A stretch of DNA of 64,000 bases from an uncultured cyanobacterium (lineage in GTDB: Bacteria > Cyanobacteriota > Cyanobacteriia > Cyanobacteriales > Nostocaceae): contig OY970166.1 in NCBI GenBank assembly GCA_963706595.1, forward strand, positions 416,001 through 480,000, in the 5' to 3' direction. Every line of letters starts with the position of its first letter. Positions within the stretch are counted from its first letter, which is position 1. Shown here piece after piece: positions 61,589-64,000 of the stretch. Position numbers and translations under genes: made by a program. The notes under the pieces are model-generated. The model saw only the letters and a list, made by a program, of their open reading frames with translations. It was not told the origin of the DNA and did not search any database.

Positions 61589-64000
61589 ATGAAAAACAAA
61601 ATATGCCAAATCGGCGGCTATTTTCTAATAGCGATCGCCTACATTTGTCCAATTAGCATAAACCCAGTCAATGCTAATAGTAACCCAACAGACATTACTG
61701 CCCAATTGCCTGAGAAATTTGAGGAATTTACGACATTTCCTGTGGGGATAAATGTCGGTAATCGTAATGTTATTTCTGGGGTTTTAGTTCGGGGCAAAGA
61801 AGATGGTTCTCAGGCGATTAATTTTGAAAATTGGCTATTACCTTACGATACAGTTATTCAGGTTTTAAGATTAAATGTTACGACTTTAGCTGATGGTCAA
61901 TTAGAAGTGCGATCGCCTGGAATTGTTACGCGCATAAATCCCCAAACATTGCTGAATGATCCTGAATTAGGTTTAGTCTTTTCTGTTGCTGATTTACGAA
62001 ATTTATTTGGGGTAGATGCCACTTTTGATATTGTTGAATATGCGGTTGTTTTAGAAGTTCCCTGGTTAAACTTCTCTAGGCGGAATATTGGCGACTCAGA
62101 ACTACCTTTAATCTTCGATGGGTTAACAGAAATCAACCCAGAAAAATTCAATATTGCAGCAGCAGAACAAAGAATATTTGCTAGTGGTTCCGCCAACACA
62201 TCCACAGATTTTTCCGGGGATTTTTTGGCTGTGGGGACGATTTTTGATGGTTCTTGGTTTATTCGCACAAATCAACCACAACTTGGTAGTTTTGAGCAAT
62301 GGAGCATTTCCGAGGCGCAGTTTCTCCGACAAACTAATCAAGCTGATTTATTTCTGGGTTCACAACCGACTTTTTGGCAAAGTTCAGGAACCAGTGACTA
62401 TTGGGGATTCACCTACATTCAACGCCAAGGTTTTACACCACCACAAAACTTTTATGCTGGAAGTTCTGACCCGCGCCAAAGGTTACAATCATCCCAAATT
62501 GGGCGGACAATTACCGGGAGAACTGAACCAGGTAGTTTAGTACAATTACTCCAAGGTTTTGGTAATAGAATTCTTGGCGAAATTTTTGTTGATTCTTCGG
62601 GAATTTACCGCTTTGAAGATGTTAAAAATAATGACATTTCTTTTAACTCTAATTACCAAGTTTTGATTTATCCTGAAGGCAGATTGACAGCAGCACCAGA
62701 AATTCGTGATGCTAGTTTTTCCACAGTACCGGGACAAATTCCGGCTGGTGCTTCTGCTTGGATTGTTTCTGGTGGTTTGCGGCGCGAAGTTACTAGTGCT
62801 TTAAATACCAGTTTATTGGGTGATTTTTCGGAATTTCGCGGTGGTGTAGCCGGACGTTGGGGTTTATCAGAAAACCTGACATTGGGTTTGGGTGGTGTGT
62901 ATGATGAATCGTTTCAAGGTTTAGCAGAATTATTCTATCGTCCCGATAATTTTCCCTTAGAGGTTGCTGTTTCCGCCCTCGGTGGTGAGGATTTAGATTT
63001 AATTGCTAATATTCGTTATGAACCCACTAAAAATTTAAGAGCGACATTTAGCAGTGACCGCTTTTCTAATCGTTTTAATGTTAACTGGAATGTTGTCCGT
63101 GGTTTGAGCTTATTTGCAACTACTGACAGTCGTAACCCCACATCTGCGGGTTTTCAAGCTAATTATAGTCGGAGAAATTTCTTTGCCTTCGTTCGTGCTA
63201 GTCTAGATACTGAAAGTAATTTTCGCTGGAATTTACTGCAACGTTTCGGTCAACTGGAACTGAACCAGCGAGGTAATGAGGTTGGGACTTTTTCCGAACT
63301 GAGTTATAACTTGTCTCGGAGCAGGTTCTTTAATTTGGGACATTCGTTGTTGTTAAATTACGAAACCCGCGCTCAAAATAGCGGTGACAATTTATTAACT
63401 ATGGGTTGGCGATATCGTTCTGATGATAGAGCTAGTGATGGTAACTATTTCTGGGAAGCACAAGCAGGTTACGGTATGGGTTCACAGGGTAACGGCTTAG
63501 TGGCTTCTTTGGGAACGACAGTCATACCGGGTGTGTTATTACGGGGACGTTATCAGGGCGTATCGTTAACTTCTGATGAATCCAGTTTCAGTATTGATTT
63601 GGTTTCTAGTTTAAACTTTCAAGGGGGTATTAGTCCAGGCGATCGCCGTTCTAATTATTTACGTACCCAAGGCGGTTTATTAATTAAGACATTTCTGGAT
63701 AAAAATAACAACGGTAAACAGGACCCAGGGGAAGAATATTATACAGACCCAGAAGGGGCAATGGTGTCAGTCAATAACCAACCTGTTAAAAGTTTACGGG
63801 CAGAAGTGGGAAGCGATCGCACTAAATTACGCCTGACCCCAGGAAAATATCGTATTGACATTGACCCGGCTGGTTTTCCTCCCGACTGGCGCGCCGAAAC
63901 TGATGCTTTTGCAGTCAATGTAGTGGCTGGTAGTTATACTCGTGTAATGATACCCTTAACTCAGTCTTACAGTTTTTCTGGTGTAGCGACAGATGCTGAA
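61589..64000 (+). CDS. Usher-like outer-membrane protein with carboxypeptidase-regulatory/SdrD-like domains (3' end outside window)
   Basis: Frame starts at ATG 61589 (MKNKICQIGG...) and is in register at the window end. Beta-rich, with FLDKNNNGKQDPGE motif, downstream of the chaperone. Confidence 0.75.
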   Translation, partial: MKNKICQIGGYFLIAIAYICPISINPVNANSNPTDITAQLPEKFEEFTTFPVGINVGNRNVISGVLVRGKEDGSQAINFENWLLPYDTVIQVLRLNVTTLADGQLEVRSPGIVTRINPQTLLNDPELGLVFSVADLRNLFGVDATFDIVEYAVVLEVPWLNFSRRNIGDSELPLIFDGLTEINPEKFNIAAAEQRIFASGSANTSTDFSGDFLAVGTIFDGSWFIRTNQPQLGSFEQWSISEAQFLRQTNQADLFLGSQPTFWQSSGTSDYWGFTYIQRQGFTPPQNFYAGSSDPRQRLQSSQIGRTITGRTEPGSLVQLLQGFGNRILGEIFVDSSGIYRFEDVKNNDISFNSNYQVLIYPEGRLTAAPEIRDASFSTVPGQIPAGASAWIVSGGLRREVTSALNTSLLGDFSEFRGGVAGRWGLSENLTLGLGGVYDESFQGLAELFYRPDNFPLEVAVSALGGEDLDLIANIRYEPTKNLRATFSSDRFSNRFNVNWNVVRGLSLFATTDSRNPTSAGFQANYSRRNFFAFVRASLDTESNFRWNLLQRFGQLELNQRGNEVGTFSELSYNLSRSRFFNLGHSLLLNYETRAQNSGDNLLTMGWRYRSDDRASDGNYFWEAQAGYGMGSQGNGLVASLGTTVIPGVLLRGRYQGVSLTSDESSFSIDLVSSLNFQGGISPGDRRSNYLRTQGGLLIKTFLDKNNNGKQDPGEEYYTDPEGAMVSVNNQPVKSLRAEVGSDRTKLRLTPGKYRIDIDPAGFPPDWRAETDAFAVNVVAGSYTRVMIPLTQSYSFSGVATDAE

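Noticed and set aside
61897..62737. Short ORFs near the window end
   Set aside because: They overlap the long plus-strand usher-like frame starting at 61589.

Overview
Chromosomal segment of a filamentous cyanobacterium, probably Nostocales (frequent HIP1 GCGATCGC sites, heptamer tandem repeats, many MITEs). Housekeeping genes (leuS, uvrB, rpe, tmk, dacB, ilvB, tex, tRNA-Val) are interspersed with accessory DNA: a Cu chaperone/P1B-ATPase pair, an ethylene-receptor-like two-component pair, an MmeI-like RM gene, an orphan m4C-type MTase, HicAB, Rpn/DUF4351 genes, a second topoisomerase IA, IS605/ISAzo13/IS630 elements, an AT-rich PLD-like giant ORF and a chaperone-usher-like pilus cluster. The top observation is in the ORF-free region 3097-4763: seven minus-strand cassettes, each with its own promoter at base-exact conserved spacing, a ~47-56 nt body with a diversified 5' part, and an intrinsic terminator. 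This looks like an unannotated sRNA gene array, and its promoter motif also precedes three genes in stress-gene clusters in this window. The second is a free-standing GIY-YIG homing-type endonuclease attached to a tRNA-Val(GAC) whose 3' half looks recoded. All calls come from reading the sequence; no database searches were run.
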